From an uncultured delta proteobacterium (GTDB lineage: Bacteria; Myxococcota_A; Polyangia; Palsa-1104): a DNA stretch of 64,000 bases. Position numbers and translations under genes: made by a program. Location: contig CAWAWS010000003.1 in assembly GCA_963785725.1 (NCBI GenBank), forward strand, positions 384,001 through 448,000, given 5' to 3'. Positions 24,042 to 34,171 of this stretch are shown here, piece after piece (within the stretch, counting starts at the first letter, position 1; every line of letters starts with the position of its first letter). The notes beneath the pieces are model-generated. The model did not search any database. It was not told the DNA's origin and saw nothing but the letters and a program-made list of their open reading frames with translations.

Positions 24042-24731
24042 ATGAGCAGACATGTCCGGCACGTGCTGTTGCTTGTCCTCGCCGTTGGTTCCTTCGCCCG
24101 CACCGCGCACGCCCAAACCACGCCTTACACGCAGTGGATCACGACTTGGGATACGACGTGGACGACCTATAAGGCCATCAATGCGGCTCCACCGGCGCAG
24201 AACGGCCTGGTCGTGCAGTCGCAGGATCTGCCGATCGTCATCAACGCGCCCATCGATGACGTCTACGCCGTCTACGCCAACGTCTACAACGCGATCGGGC
24301 TACACCCGTTTCTGCTGCAGATCATTCCGATTCATTACGACATCGTGGGCGGCGTCCCGACGTTCGATTTCGTCGCGCTTGAGGACGTGCCGCTCCCCGA
24401 CGGCACCATCTTCCACGGCGTCACCGTCGCGCAGCAGCGGTTTCACAATCGCGAGCACTATTATGATGCGGACTCCTACGATCAGCCGGGCGTGATCACG
24501 CACCAGCACATCGTGTTCACGCGGATCGATCGCGACCACACGAAGGTCGTCGAGCACCTGACCTTCGACGCGCCGCCCGATCTGCTCGCCCTCGAAGTGC
24601 AAGGCGGTGTGGCTGCGCACGCGGCGGTTCAGGCCGGAATCAAGGCGGGGATGGAAGCGGGCACGCTCAAGCCGACCCACTTCGACGCCGTGATCGAGGG
24701 CGACCTCGAGGCCGCCTTCGGCCACCCATAA
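24042..24731 (+). CDS. Secreted SRPBCC/START-like protein
   Basis: Signal peptide (AHA-Q); IVINAPIDDVYAVY..LHPFL..TKVVEHLTF. Confidence 0.7.
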   Translation: MSRHVRHVLLLVLAVGSFARTAHAQTTPYTQWITTWDTTWTTYKAINAAPPAQNGLVVQSQDLPIVINAPIDDVYAVYANVYNAIGLHPFLLQIIPIHYDIVGGVPTFDFVALEDVPLPDGTIFHGVTVAQQRFHNREHYYDADSYDQPGVITHQHIVFTRIDRDHTKVVEHLTFDAPPDLLALEVQGGVAAHAAVQAGIKAGMEAGTLKPTHFDAVIEGDLEAAFGHP

Positions 24732-24849
24732 GCCAGCTGCTGCCTGAGCTGCGTCGCCGCTGCTGACGCGCTCGCCTTCCCGCACTCGCTGTCCTGAATA
24801 TCGTTGACGCGAAACCGTAGGTCAAACAGCCCCAGCGCGCGCCGCGTTC

Positions 24850-25350
24850 TTATTCGTCCGGGCTCGACCCTGCCGCGCGCAGCTTCTTGACCGCATCCGC
24901 AATGTCCTCGGCGTCAATCGAGACGATCCCGGCGAGAAAGCTGCCCGCTTCGGGCACCGTGGCGAACGTCTTGGCCGGATAGGACGACACCTTGAGCAAC
25001 AGGGTCATGCCGGTGACGGCGGCGCGCACGGCCGCGGTGCGAAAGCCGCTGCCTTCGATCACCGTCACCGCCGCGACCAGCTGCTTCTGAATGGTCTTGA
25101 CGTCGCTGGTGAGCCGATTCCTGACGCTGGAGTCGGGTACGGTGCACTCGGGTCCGACGACCGTCAGGATGGCCAGCGTCGGATTGGCGCGCGCGGTTTG
25201 CGCCAAGACGCGCCCCATGGCCTCGGCGACTTGCCCGTTGCTCGCGCGATCGAAGACCGCGATCACCAACGGGCCCAGCGCGGTACACCTGAAGCCATCG
25301 CTCTTCTCGGCCTCGGCCAAGGCTTTTCTCATCAGCTCGCTCACAGACAT
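24850..25350 (-). CDS. Hypothetical protein (STAS/SEC14-like)
   Basis: VIEGSGFRTAAVRAAV..PAKTFATVPEA pattern. Confidence 0.6.
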   Translation of the reverse strand: MSVSELMRKALAEAEKSDGFRCTALGPLVIAVFDRASNGQVAEAMGRVLAQTARANPTLAILTVVGPECTVPDSSVRNRLTSDVKTIQKQLVAAVTVIEGSGFRTAAVRAAVTGMTLLLKVSSYPAKTFATVPEAGSFLAGIVSIDAEDIADAVKKLRAAGSSPDE

Positions 25351-25429
25351 GGCGTGACTACGTGACCCTCGAATCGGAAAGAGCAGTGCGAAACGGCGGC
25401 GCTGCCCGTGCAAATGGCGAACGACAAGG

Positions 25430-26011
25430 CTAGCGGTCCGGCGTCCAGCGCAACGTGAACGGGCAGCGAGCCTTCGGGACATCGACCGTGAAGCTCACGC
25501 GCGCCGCCTTCGCGCGCAAGAACTGTAGGGTCGCTTCATAGCTCGCTGCCATCGAGCTGCTCCACGCCGGCGACGCCAACACGAGCGACGGCAGCTCGGT
25601 GTGCGTGATGGTCATGAGGCCCGGCTCGACCACGTCGACCGCGACGGCGCCGACGTTGCGGTAGAGCAGCGAGAACAGCTTGGGATACATCGGCATCGTC
25701 GTCGCCGGCGACGGGTTGAAGACGCTGAGCACGCCGGCGAGGAACGGCTTGACCAGCGGAATCTCCAGCGACCGCAGCGTGCTGCGGCGCCAATGGGCTG
25801 CCGCATCGACGGGGCCGAGCGCGGCCAGCGTCGCGTCGAGCACTTCGACCAGCACCGTCATCGGCAACCAGTCGACGCGCGTCGAGCGCTCGACGAGCGC
25901 GACCGCGGCCGCGGCGCTCTCGCGCACGCGCCCCGACGGCAGCGGACCGAGCGCGTCGATGCTGGCAAGCTGTTCCTTCGCCAGGCTGGCTCGGAGCTCG
26001 GGCGTGGGCAT
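25430..26011 (-). CDS. Hypothetical protein (DUF2378/V4R-like)
   Basis: VDWLPM..LLYRNVG..FTLRW. Confidence 0.65.
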   Translation of the reverse strand: MPTPELRASLAKEQLASIDALGPLPSGRVRESAAAAVALVERSTRVDWLPMTVLVEVLDATLAALGPVDAAAHWRRSTLRSLEIPLVKPFLAGVLSVFNPSPATTMPMYPKLFSLLYRNVGAVAVDVVEPGLMTITHTELPSLVLASPAWSSSMAASYEATLQFLRAKAARVSFTVDVPKARCPFTLRWTPDR

Positions 26012-26504
26012 CGAGGCTAGACTACACGTCGTATCGTTCCTGTCATGTGCCAAAACGAGATGGGTGGGAAACGGACGTCGTCTTCATACGTTGCGCGTCG
26101 CAGCCGAAAGCGCCGCACTTCTGACCTCGAAGCCATTCGCGCGGTCTGCCGCGTGATTACGTATCCATTTGTCTGCAGCCTTCCAGGATTACCATTGATA
26201 GAGCTACTTATTCCTCGACGGTCACTTGGTGGCGTCGAGGCGCGGCCTCGTTAAGGGTGTGCGAAGCGTAAGCGGCTTGCGCTCGACGAGCTGCGGAGTG
26301 AAAAGATCTCGGAGCGAGTGAAAGCTATCGAGGAGAACATGATTACGCTTAGGACCTGCTGAACGGTTTTGGCGTCAAGGCTTTGGCTCGCTCGTCGTAC
26401 GCCAGCGCTGTGAATACGGGCTCAAGACGCTTCGCTCGACCAGCTCGAAGGAATCGCACGCTCGTCGTCATTGCGCTCCTTGTCACGACGTCGACTGCGA
26501 CCAG

Positions 26505-26621
26505 CTATTCCTTCGGGCTTTTGCCGCGGAAGCGCTTCGAAGAATCGCCGAGCTCACGACGCACATCGTAACCGTGGATAGGTTGGAACATCCGAACCGC
26601 GCCGAGAATCAGCGTCCGCGT
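26505..26621 (-). pseudogene. PadR-family regulator N-terminal remnant
   Basis: Manual translation TRTLILGAVRMFQPIHGYDVRREL, then divergence and a stop. Confidence 0.6.
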
Positions 26622-26887
26622 AACGGCACAAACGTTCGTTTGCAGGAACCTCGGTGATCGCTGGGCGATCGTTCGTTCCGCAAGACGCCGGCGCGTGGCC
26701 TGAGCGGGCCGCGCACGGCGCTCATCTGCGCTTTTTCCGACTTCTTATGGAACACGTTTGCGCCGGCGCGCTGACTGATCCGTGGATCGTTCGCCGCCGC
26801 GAAGACGCGCGCCGAGAGCCGACGCTGCCAGCGGACGTGTGCTTCCGGTCACGGCTAGCTTTGTAGCCGGTGATGTAGATTTCCCCG

Positions 26888-28339
26888 ATGACATCGCCTC
26901 GCCCGCGCTGGACCGCTTTGCTCGCCATTGCGCTCGCCTGTTCTCCGCTCGCGGGCTGTAACGGCCGCCCACTGACTTCTTCCAACCAGTCGTGCGGCCC
27001 GGGCACGCTCGAGCTCTGCGACGGTGAATGCGTCGACATCCGATACGATCCGAACAACTGCGGCGGCTGCGGTCTCGCCTGCGGCACGGGTCAATGCGAC
27101 AACGGCCGCTGCTCGGTCGGTAGCGGCGGCGGCGGCTACGCGGGCGGCGGCGGCTATGCAGGCGGCGGCGGCGGCTATGCCGGCGGCGGCGGCTACGCGG
27201 GCGGCGGTGGCTACGCCGGCGGCGGTGGTTACGCAGGCGGCGGTGGCTCCGCAGGAAACGACGGCTTCGTCTTCATGCCGCCGGCCGATATGGCCACCGA
27301 CAGCCCCAGCGAAGCGCACAGCTTCCGCATCGACCCCGCCCACACCGGTGGCCAGCCGGCCGACGTCTTCACGCCGCCGTTGACCGCGGCTTGGACTTAC
27401 GATGCAGGCGGGCCGATCAGCTATCCGCTCGTCGCCGGCGGCCGTGTGTTCATCACGACCACGGGCAGCGCCAGCGTGGTGGTCGCGCTCGATGCCGCCA
27501 CCGGCGCCGTCGTTTGGGGCCCGCAGGCGCTCAGCGGCCTGCACGCCTACGACGCCGGCCGCCTCTTCGTGCTCGGCGGCAGCGGACTGCTCGTGGCCCT
27601 GGATGCCGCGACGGGCAACCAGCAGTGGAGCGCGGAGCTGACCGGGCAGTTCGACTTCTGGTCGCCTCCGATCGCCGCCGCCGGCCTGGTCTTGGTCAAC
27701 GGCCTGGAGAGTGGTGGCACCACCTACGCAGTCGACGAGAACAACGGCGCCATCGTTTGGACCAATGACACCTTCGACGGCAGTGACGGCGCCGTCGCGA
27801 TCGCCGACGGCGTCGTGTACGAGGCAGAGGCGTGCGACCAGGTCACCGCCTGGCAGCAGTTCTCCGCCCAGCAGCTCTGGTACCACCAGACCGGTTGCAC
27901 CGGCGGCGGTGGCGCAGCGCCCGTCGTCTACCAGGGCCGTGTCTACGTGCGCGACTGGGCGGAAGGCAACACGATCCTCGATATTGCCAGCGGCACGGCG
28001 CTCGGCACCTTCAGCGGCAGCGTGCCGCCCGCCTTCGCCAACGGCATCGGCTACTACCTGGACTCGAGCACGCTACGAGCGGTCACCATCGCGGACAACA
28101 CCGTGCAGTGGAGCTTTGCGGCTGACGGCACGCTGACGACGGCGCCGGTGGTGGGCGGCGGCTATGTCTTCGTCGGCGGCTCCAGCGGCAATCTGTACGC
28201 GCTCGACGCCAACGGCCAACAAGTGTGGACGACCAATGTCGGCGGCCCCATCAACTCCGGCGCCGAGGTCAACTCGATGACCGTCGCCGCCAACATGCTC
28301 TTCGTACCTGCCGGCAACGTCCTCGCCGCCTACCGCTGA
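26888..28339 (+). CDS. Lipoprotein with Cys-rich module, Gly-Tyr repeats and PQQ-like beta-propeller
   Basis: LAGC lipobox; CDGECVDIRYDPNNCGGCGLAC; repeated ALDAATG..W blades. Confidence 0.88.
   Translation: MTSPRPRWTALLAIALACSPLAGCNGRPLTSSNQSCGPGTLELCDGECVDIRYDPNNCGGCGLACGTGQCDNGRCSVGSGGGGYAGGGGYAGGGGGYAGGGGYAGGGGYAGGGGYAGGGGSAGNDGFVFMPPADMATDSPSEAHSFRIDPAHTGGQPADVFTPPLTAAWTYDAGGPISYPLVAGGRVFITTTGSASVVVALDAATGAVVWGPQALSGLHAYDAGRLFVLGGSGLLVALDAATGNQQWSAELTGQFDFWSPPIAAAGLVLVNGLESGGTTYAVDENNGAIVWTNDTFDGSDGAVAIADGVVYEAEACDQVTAWQQFSAQQLWYHQTGCTGGGGAAPVVYQGRVYVRDWAEGNTILDIASGTALGTFSGSVPPAFANGIGYYLDSSTLRAVTIADNTVQWSFAADGTLTTAPVVGGGYVFVGGSSGNLYALDANGQQVWTTNVGGPINSGAEVNSMTVAANMLFVPAGNVLAAYR
27125..27250 (+). 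repeat. Coding tandem repeat (G4-5YA)x6
   Basis: ggcggcggcggctacgcg-like 18-21 nt units. Confidence 0.9.
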
Positions 28340-28436
28340 GGTTCCTTAGCCCGCGTCGAGCACGTAGCGGCAATGGTGCGCGCTTTACGTCGAGCCGGAG
28401 AGCAGCACGACGCACCGTCGACGCTGCGCCCGCCGA

Positions 28437-29708
28437 CTACGGCGCCGCTGCCGGCAGCACGCAGTTGGCGGCGATTTGCCGCGGCGGCTTGCCGGCCACG
28501 AAGTCGGCGACCGCGTCGTCGAGCGCCACGCCGCCTTGCACCGTCGTCGTCCAAGTCGGCCCATCGGTCAACGTATGCACGACGTCGCAGGTGCTGAAGA
28601 CGCCTCTCGTCGCCGGCAGCGCCGTCAGCCCCGCGTGCACGGCCGGGCTGTACACTTGGTCGACCCACGTCCGCTGCGCCGCCGTGATCGTCGCCGAGAC
28701 CGTGATATTGCCGGTGTGCGAGATGCCTTCGGGATCGAGCTGGTTCTGCACGAACATGAGCGGCGTCGTGATGTCGGCGCTGACATGCTCGCCGAAGTAA
28801 CAGAGATTGCGCTGCGCCGCGCCTTCGATCGTCGTGCAAGAATCATCGGGCTGACCATTCCAGTACGTGACTCGCTCTTGCATGAGCGCGCGAAACGTCG
28901 GCGGCGTCAGCGACGTCACGTCGGGCAGCCAGCCGGCGTCGACGAGGCCGAGCACGCGCGCCTGCGGCAGCTGCGCGGCGATGCGATCGGCGTTGACGAG
29001 CACCGACACGCCGCCCGCCGACGCGCCCGCCAACAGCACCGTCTGGCCTTCGCCTCCGAGCCCGTAGCGCTGCATGAGCTCGCTGACGATCGCCGCGAGC
29101 ACGGCTTGGCCGCGAAATTGGAAGTTGGTCGTGCCGCCGGTGGGACCGATGTCGCCGCTCGAGTAATCGGACGTGCAATAAGGGATGATGACCTTGTTGG
29201 CGTCGGCGAAGTGGGGGTTGGCGCTGACGCTGGTCGCGGTGATGCCGGCGCCGGTCATCGTGCTCGGCAAGAGCGCGGACGTCGTCAGATCGCGCGCGCG
29301 TTTGGCGCAGTCGGCGTCGCTGCTGCAGGCGTAGCCGCCGTCGATGAAGAGCACCCAAGTCGTCGTCGTCGCGGCGCCGGCGATCGGGAAGTAGCCGGCC
29401 GGCGTCCCGTCGTTGCACAGCGCCGTCGGATAGACGCGCGGATCGAGCAGCATCTTCGTGTAGCTCGCCGGCAGATTGGCGGGCGACCCGGGCACGTCCG
29501 CGTCGGGTGGAGCGTCCGGCGGCGGTGCCGTCGCGCCGTCGCGATCGGCGGCGCCGGCGTCGATGCTCGCCGTCGGCTCGAGCGCCGCGCTGAGGTCAGG
29601 CGCGGGCAGTGAGACGACGTGGTCGGTCGGCGAGTGCCCGCAAGCCGTAAACAGGATCGCGAGCGCCAGCGCGATCCATGCCGATGCCGCAATGTCTCGA
29701 CGCGCCAT
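28437..29708 (-). CDS. Pectin acetylesterase / Notum-like lipoprotein
   Basis: ALCNDGTPAGY, FIDGGYAC, IPYCTSD, GASAGG, CYFG; lipobox TAC. Confidence 0.87.
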   Translation of the reverse strand: MARRDIAASAWIALALAILFTACGHSPTDHVVSLPAPDLSAALEPTASIDAGAADRDGATAPPPDAPPDADVPGSPANLPASYTKMLLDPRVYPTALCNDGTPAGYFPIAGAATTTTWVLFIDGGYACSSDADCAKRARDLTTSALLPSTMTGAGITATSVSANPHFADANKVIIPYCTSDYSSGDIGPTGGTTNFQFRGQAVLAAIVSELMQRYGLGGEGQTVLLAGASAGGVSVLVNADRIAAQLPQARVLGLVDAGWLPDVTSLTPPTFRALMQERVTYWNGQPDDSCTTIEGAAQRNLCYFGEHVSADITTPLMFVQNQLDPEGISHTGNITVSATITAAQRTWVDQVYSPAVHAGLTALPATRGVFSTCDVVHTLTDGPTWTTTVQGGVALDDAVADFVAGKPPRQIAANCVLPAAAP

Positions 29709-30017
29709 GCTGACGGCATAGGCAACATCAGCGCCAGGCGAGCGCGCGGCGAATTCCCGCGTCGTGCAGCCGGCGGCGCGCGTCGGAGTTGGCGACTTGC
29801 GGTCGAGATCGGTTACTGCGCACCCCACGCGCGAGCGACTGACAACGGCGCTTGTCAGCGCAGCGCTCGAATCGGCCCAACGACCACCGCGACCTGCCGA
29901 GCGACGCCGCCGGCCTGCCCTTGGGACGGGTGGGATGCGCGCGCTCGAACGACGGCTCCGTCGACAATATCTGTCGTAGACGGACAACGGCTCGGGTACG
30001 CTTTCGGTCCAACCTCA

Positions 30018-31502
30018 ATGCGCCTCCTCATCGGCCTCGTTCTCGCCGTCGTTGGGTCGCCGCTGGCGCACGCGGCTCGCTTCGAGACCCACAAGCTCGC
30101 CGTCGACGGTGACGTCGTGTCGGTCGTCGCCGCCGATCTCGACGGCGACGGCAAGCGCGATCTCCTCGTCGCCTATCGTCGCGGCCTTCAGCCTACGGCC
30201 AAGCGCTTCTTCGCGGTCTTCTGGAATGGCGGCGGCGACTTCTCCGCGCGCCCCAATCTGGTGCTGCCCGTCGACGAGAGCGTGTGCGCTTTCGACGTCG
30301 CCGACGTCGACGGGCGCGCCGGCAGCGAGCTCCTCACCGTCGCGCACGACGGCGTCAGCGCGCGCTCGTTCGGCGGCCGTCGCGCCGCCGCGCCGGCCGC
30401 GCTGACGCACGACGCGACGCTGTTCGTGCGCGGTGACCAGAGCAGCCTGCCGCGCTTGCCCTTGGTGCAGGCCATCGCCTCGCCGCACAGCCACGAGCTC
30501 GTGGTCCCGCTCCTCGGCGGCCTCGCCATCTATCGCGCCGAGCACGGCGGCTTCGTCGAAGCGGCGCGTCTCGAGCTGGCGCTGCGCAACGAGATCACCG
30601 ACGGCCGCCGCGCCAGCTCGCGCGCTGCCGTCCCCGCCTTCAACCTCACCGTCGACTTTCCCGCCGTCGAGATCGGTGACACCGACGGCGACGGCCTCCG
30701 CGATCTCATCCTCGTCGACGAAGATCGCGTGACCGTCTTTCGTCAGCAGCCGGGGCTGACGTTCGCTCGCGCGGGAGCCGAACGCGACTTCGAGGTGCGC
30801 ACCGTCGCCGAGCGCAAAGACTCGTTCTCCACGGCCATCGTGCGGACCGCCGACCTCGACGGCGACGGGATCGTCGATCTCGTGCTGCAGAAGCAGGTCA
30901 CGCACGGCGTCACCTCGGCGGCCACGACCAACTACGTCTACCTCGGGCGGCGCGGCGGCGGCTGGGACGACCAACCGAACCAGATCCTGCGATCGGAGGG
31001 CCTCGGCGGCATCGGCCTCGAGCTGCTCGACGTCACCGGCGACGGACGTCCCGACCTCATCATGCCGACGGTGGTGATGGGTGTCTGGCAGATCGTGCGC
31101 ATCCTGACGAGCAAGACGGTCAAGGTCAACCTGCAGATTTTTCCGTTCGGGAGCGACCGCAAGTTCGCCGACAAGCCGAGCGCCGAGCGCGAGCTGCGCT
31201 TTCACATCGCGCTCTCGGGCGACGGCGATCTGCCGGCGTTCGATCTGCGCGGCGACTACAACGGCGATCGACGGCGCGACCTCGTGTTCGGCGACGAGGC
31301 TGACGACCTCGGCTTCTACCTCGGGCAGGACGGCGCGCGCGTGGGCAAGGACGCGGTCGAGCACGTCAACGTCAACGCCGCCGCCACCGTCGAGCCCGTC
31401 GATCTCGACGGCAAGGGGAAGGACGATCTGGTCCTGCACTATCCCAATACCAAGGGCCACCGCTCGGACGTGATCGTGCTCGTCAATCGCGGACCGTGGT
31501 GA
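30018..31502 (+). CDS. Secreted FG-GAP/VCBS repeat protein
   Basis: Multiple ADLDGDGxxDL motifs; signal peptide. Confidence 0.88.
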   Translation: MRLLIGLVLAVVGSPLAHAARFETHKLAVDGDVVSVVAADLDGDGKRDLLVAYRRGLQPTAKRFFAVFWNGGGDFSARPNLVLPVDESVCAFDVADVDGRAGSELLTVAHDGVSARSFGGRRAAAPAALTHDATLFVRGDQSSLPRLPLVQAIASPHSHELVVPLLGGLAIYRAEHGGFVEAARLELALRNEITDGRRASSRAAVPAFNLTVDFPAVEIGDTDGDGLRDLILVDEDRVTVFRQQPGLTFARAGAERDFEVRTVAERKDSFSTAIVRTADLDGDGIVDLVLQKQVTHGVTSAATTNYVYLGRRGGGWDDQPNQILRSEGLGGIGLELLDVTGDGRPDLIMPTVVMGVWQIVRILTSKTVKVNLQIFPFGSDRKFADKPSAERELRFHIALSGDGDLPAFDLRGDYNGDRRRDLVFGDEADDLGFYLGQDGARVGKDAVEHVNVNAAATVEPVDLDGKGKDDLVLHYPNTKGHRSDVIVLVNRGPW

Positions 31503-31570
31503 AGGGCAAGCGCTACGGCAACGGCGGCTCGCTGCCGACGCTGTAGAAGGTCGTAGGGCTCGTCCTCCGG

Positions 31571-34171
31571 CTACTTGAGCGGCGCCGTCTCCGGCATGCC
31601 GCCGCTGGTGCCGCCGATGACGTCGAGCTGTCCGTGCACGAGGAGGGCGCTCTCGCCCTGGTGATTGAACTGCAGCGGCGGCGAGCTGGTCAGCGCGCCG
31701 GGCGCGCTGCTGACCGGATCGAGCGGCATCCGGTTGACGACGTTGGTGGGGCCGAGCCCGCTGCCGCCACCGAGCAAATAGAGCGAGCTGCCGAGCACGG
31801 CGCCGGCGCCGACGCCGCCCACCATGAACGAGTACGAGCCGTAGGTGACGAAGCTCGCGCTGAGGTCGCCGTTCCCGTCGAGCGTGGCCACGCTCATGGG
31901 CGGCGAGCCGTCGATGGCGTACAAGCTGTTGCCGAGGACCGCCAGATCGACGCCGCCGCCGCTGACCGCGGGCGCGCTGGTGACGACGAAGTTGCCGATC
32001 GTCCCGTCGGCGGCGATGGGCGCGCACTCGACGGCGCCGCCGAACGCGCACAGCCCGTTGCCGATCACGGCCAGCGTGCGCAGCCCGGCCGTCTGCAGCA
32101 CCGCCGTCTGCGTCTGAAAGGGGCCGAGCGTGTTGTCGGCGCCGATCGCCGCCGCCTCTACGCTGGTCAGCTGCTTCTTGGGCGACGATTGGTCGAGGCC
32201 GCCGACGACGTAGACGAAGTTTCCGACGACGGCGCTGCTCGTGCCCGAGCGCGGCGTCTGCAGCGCCAGCCCGGCGACGGGCGCGAAGCTGCCCAAGCTG
32301 CCGTCGGCGCCGATGGTGGCCAGCTCGACGTCGGCGCCGCTGGCGTTGCCGCCGATGGCGTAGACGTTGTTGCCGGCGACGGCGAATCCGAAGTTGCTGC
32401 GCGCGACGGTGAGCCCGAGCGCGTTGCCGGCGGGGCTGGCGAAGGCGCCGATCGCGCCCGAGCCGAGCAGCACGCGCTCGGTCGAGCTGAAGGAGCCGGT
32501 GGCGCAGTTTTCGCAGCGGCAGTCGCCGAACCCGTTGCCCAGCATGTAGTAGTAGTCGCCGATGAGCGTGCCGTAGCCGAAGGAGGTCGTCGGCGCGCTG
32601 TAGACGGTGCTGAAGTTGCCGACGGTGCCGTCGCTGTTGATGGGCGCGGAGAAGATGCCGTTGCCCATCTTCCACAGCTTGCCGCCGAGGACGATGACGC
32701 TGGCGCCGGTGCTGGTGAACGGCAGGATGCCACCGGCGCTCTTGAAGGCTCCGAGCGTCCCGTCGGCGGCGATGGGGGCGTACTCGACCGTCGACACGTC
32801 CTGCATGTCGCTGAGCACGGTGTCGCCACCGACGACGTACAGATAGTTGCCGCTGACCGTGACGCCGAAGGCCGTGCGCGCGACGGTCATGCTGACGCCG
32901 GCGTCCTCGAACGCGCCGAGCGTGCCGTCGGCGCCGATGGGCGCGCGCTCGACGGTGGCCAGCTGCGGCGCCGGCGCGCACCACGCGCCGCTGAAGCCGC
33001 CGAGGACGTAGACGTAACCGCCGATGACGACGCTCTGGTGACCGAAGCGCGGCTTGAGCATCTGCAGACCGCTGACGGCGCTGAACGCGCCCAGCGTGCC
33101 GTCGGCGGCGATGGGCGCGCGCTCGATGGTCGGCTCGGCCGTCAGCCCGGCGTTGCGTCCGCCGAGCACGTAGACCCAGCTGCCGGTTCGCACGGCCGTG
33201 CCCCAGCCGCGTGCCGTCACCAGCGTCGTCGTCAGCGTCGTGAAGCCGCGCAGCGCGCCGTCGCCGTCGATGCGCGCCTCTTCAATCGAGGTCAGCGGCG
33301 CCTCGCTCTTGTTTTCGCCGCCCAAGAGCCAGACGCGGTCGGGCATGGTGATGCCGCCGGCGCCCCAGCGCGGCGTGTTCAGCGTGGGCGTTTGGCGCGC
33401 GTAATTGGCCTGCTCGTAGAGGCCACGGAACGTCTGCGGCGCCGGCGCGTACGCGGCGTGGTTGAACGCCGTCGCGTTGGTGGTGCTGCCGTTGCTGGTG
33501 ACGGTCAGGAGGCCCGAGCCGGACGCGGCCGGCACGACCACCGAGATGCGCGTCGGGCCGAGCACGTTGGCAGGCGCGGTGGCGCCGCCGGGGAAGTTGA
33601 CGGTGGCGCTGGCGCCGAAGCGTCCCTCGAGCGCGATGACGTCGCTGGTGGCGCCGAACGGCGGATAGAGCGCGTTGACGACGCAGGCGCTGCCGCAGTC
33701 GATCGTGCCGCCGCAGCCGTCGGAGATCTGGCCGCACGAATCGGCCGCGCTGCAGCTGGTGGCGGCCACGCAGGCGTCCATCGTCGCCATTCCGCCGTCG
33801 CCGCTCCTGCCCTTGGCGAAGTCGAGGCTGAGCGTGCCGCAGCTGCTGTCGAGCGTGATCGCGCCGCCGATCGTCGCCAGCGTCGCGCCGCCGGCCAGCG
33901 CTGCGACGGTGACCGCGACGCTCTGCCGGCTCGGATAACCGTGCGGGAAGGTGACCTCGATCGAGCCGTGCTTGCGGCCGTCGAGCGCGATCTGATGGTT
34001 CATGGCAATGCCGCCGGAAATGGCGATGGCGATCGACAGCGAGTCGGCGCTGGCGGCGGCGCCGTCGACGGTGACCGTGACGAGCAGCGTGTGATCCTTG
34101 CAGCTGCGCGTGCCGCAGCCGGCGTTGGCGACGAGGAGGACGAGCGCGAAGGTGGTGGCGAGGCTGCGCAT
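31571..34171 (-). CDS. Lipoprotein with IPT-like domain and kelch-like repeats
   Basis: NAGC lipobox; repeated YVxGG..VExAPIxADGTLGAF. Confidence 0.88.
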   Translation of the reverse strand: MRSLATTFALVLLVANAGCGTRSCKDHTLLVTVTVDGAAASADSLSIAIAISGGIAMNHQIALDGRKHGSIEVTFPHGYPSRQSVAVTVAALAGGATLATIGGAITLDSSCGTLSLDFAKGRSGDGGMATMDACVAATSCSAADSCGQISDGCGGTIDCGSACVVNALYPPFGATSDVIALEGRFGASATVNFPGGATAPANVLGPTRISVVVPAASGSGLLTVTSNGSTTNATAFNHAAYAPAPQTFRGLYEQANYARQTPTLNTPRWGAGGITMPDRVWLLGGENKSEAPLTSIEEARIDGDGALRGFTTLTTTLVTARGWGTAVRTGSWVYVLGGRNAGLTAEPTIERAPIAADGTLGAFSAVSGLQMLKPRFGHQSVVIGGYVYVLGGFSGAWCAPAPQLATVERAPIGADGTLGAFEDAGVSMTVARTAFGVTVSGNYLYVVGGDTVLSDMQDVSTVEYAPIAADGTLGAFKSAGGILPFTSTGASVIVLGGKLWKMGNGIFSAPINSDGTVGNFSTVYSAPTTSFGYGTLIGDYYYMLGNGFGDCRCENCATGSFSSTERVLLGSGAIGAFASPAGNALGLTVARSNFGFAVAGNNVYAIGGNASGADVELATIGADGSLGSFAPVAGLALQTPRSGTSSAVVGNFVYVVGGLDQSSPKKQLTSVEAAAIGADNTLGPFQTQTAVLQTAGLRTLAVIGNGLCAFGGAVECAPIAADGTIGNFVVTSAPAVSGGGVDLAVLGNSLYAIDGSPPMSVATLDGNGDLSASFVTYGSYSFMVGGVGAGAVLGSSLYLLGGGSGLGPTNVVNRMPLDPVSSAPGALTSSPPLQFNHQGESALLVHGQLDVIGGTSGGMPETAPLK

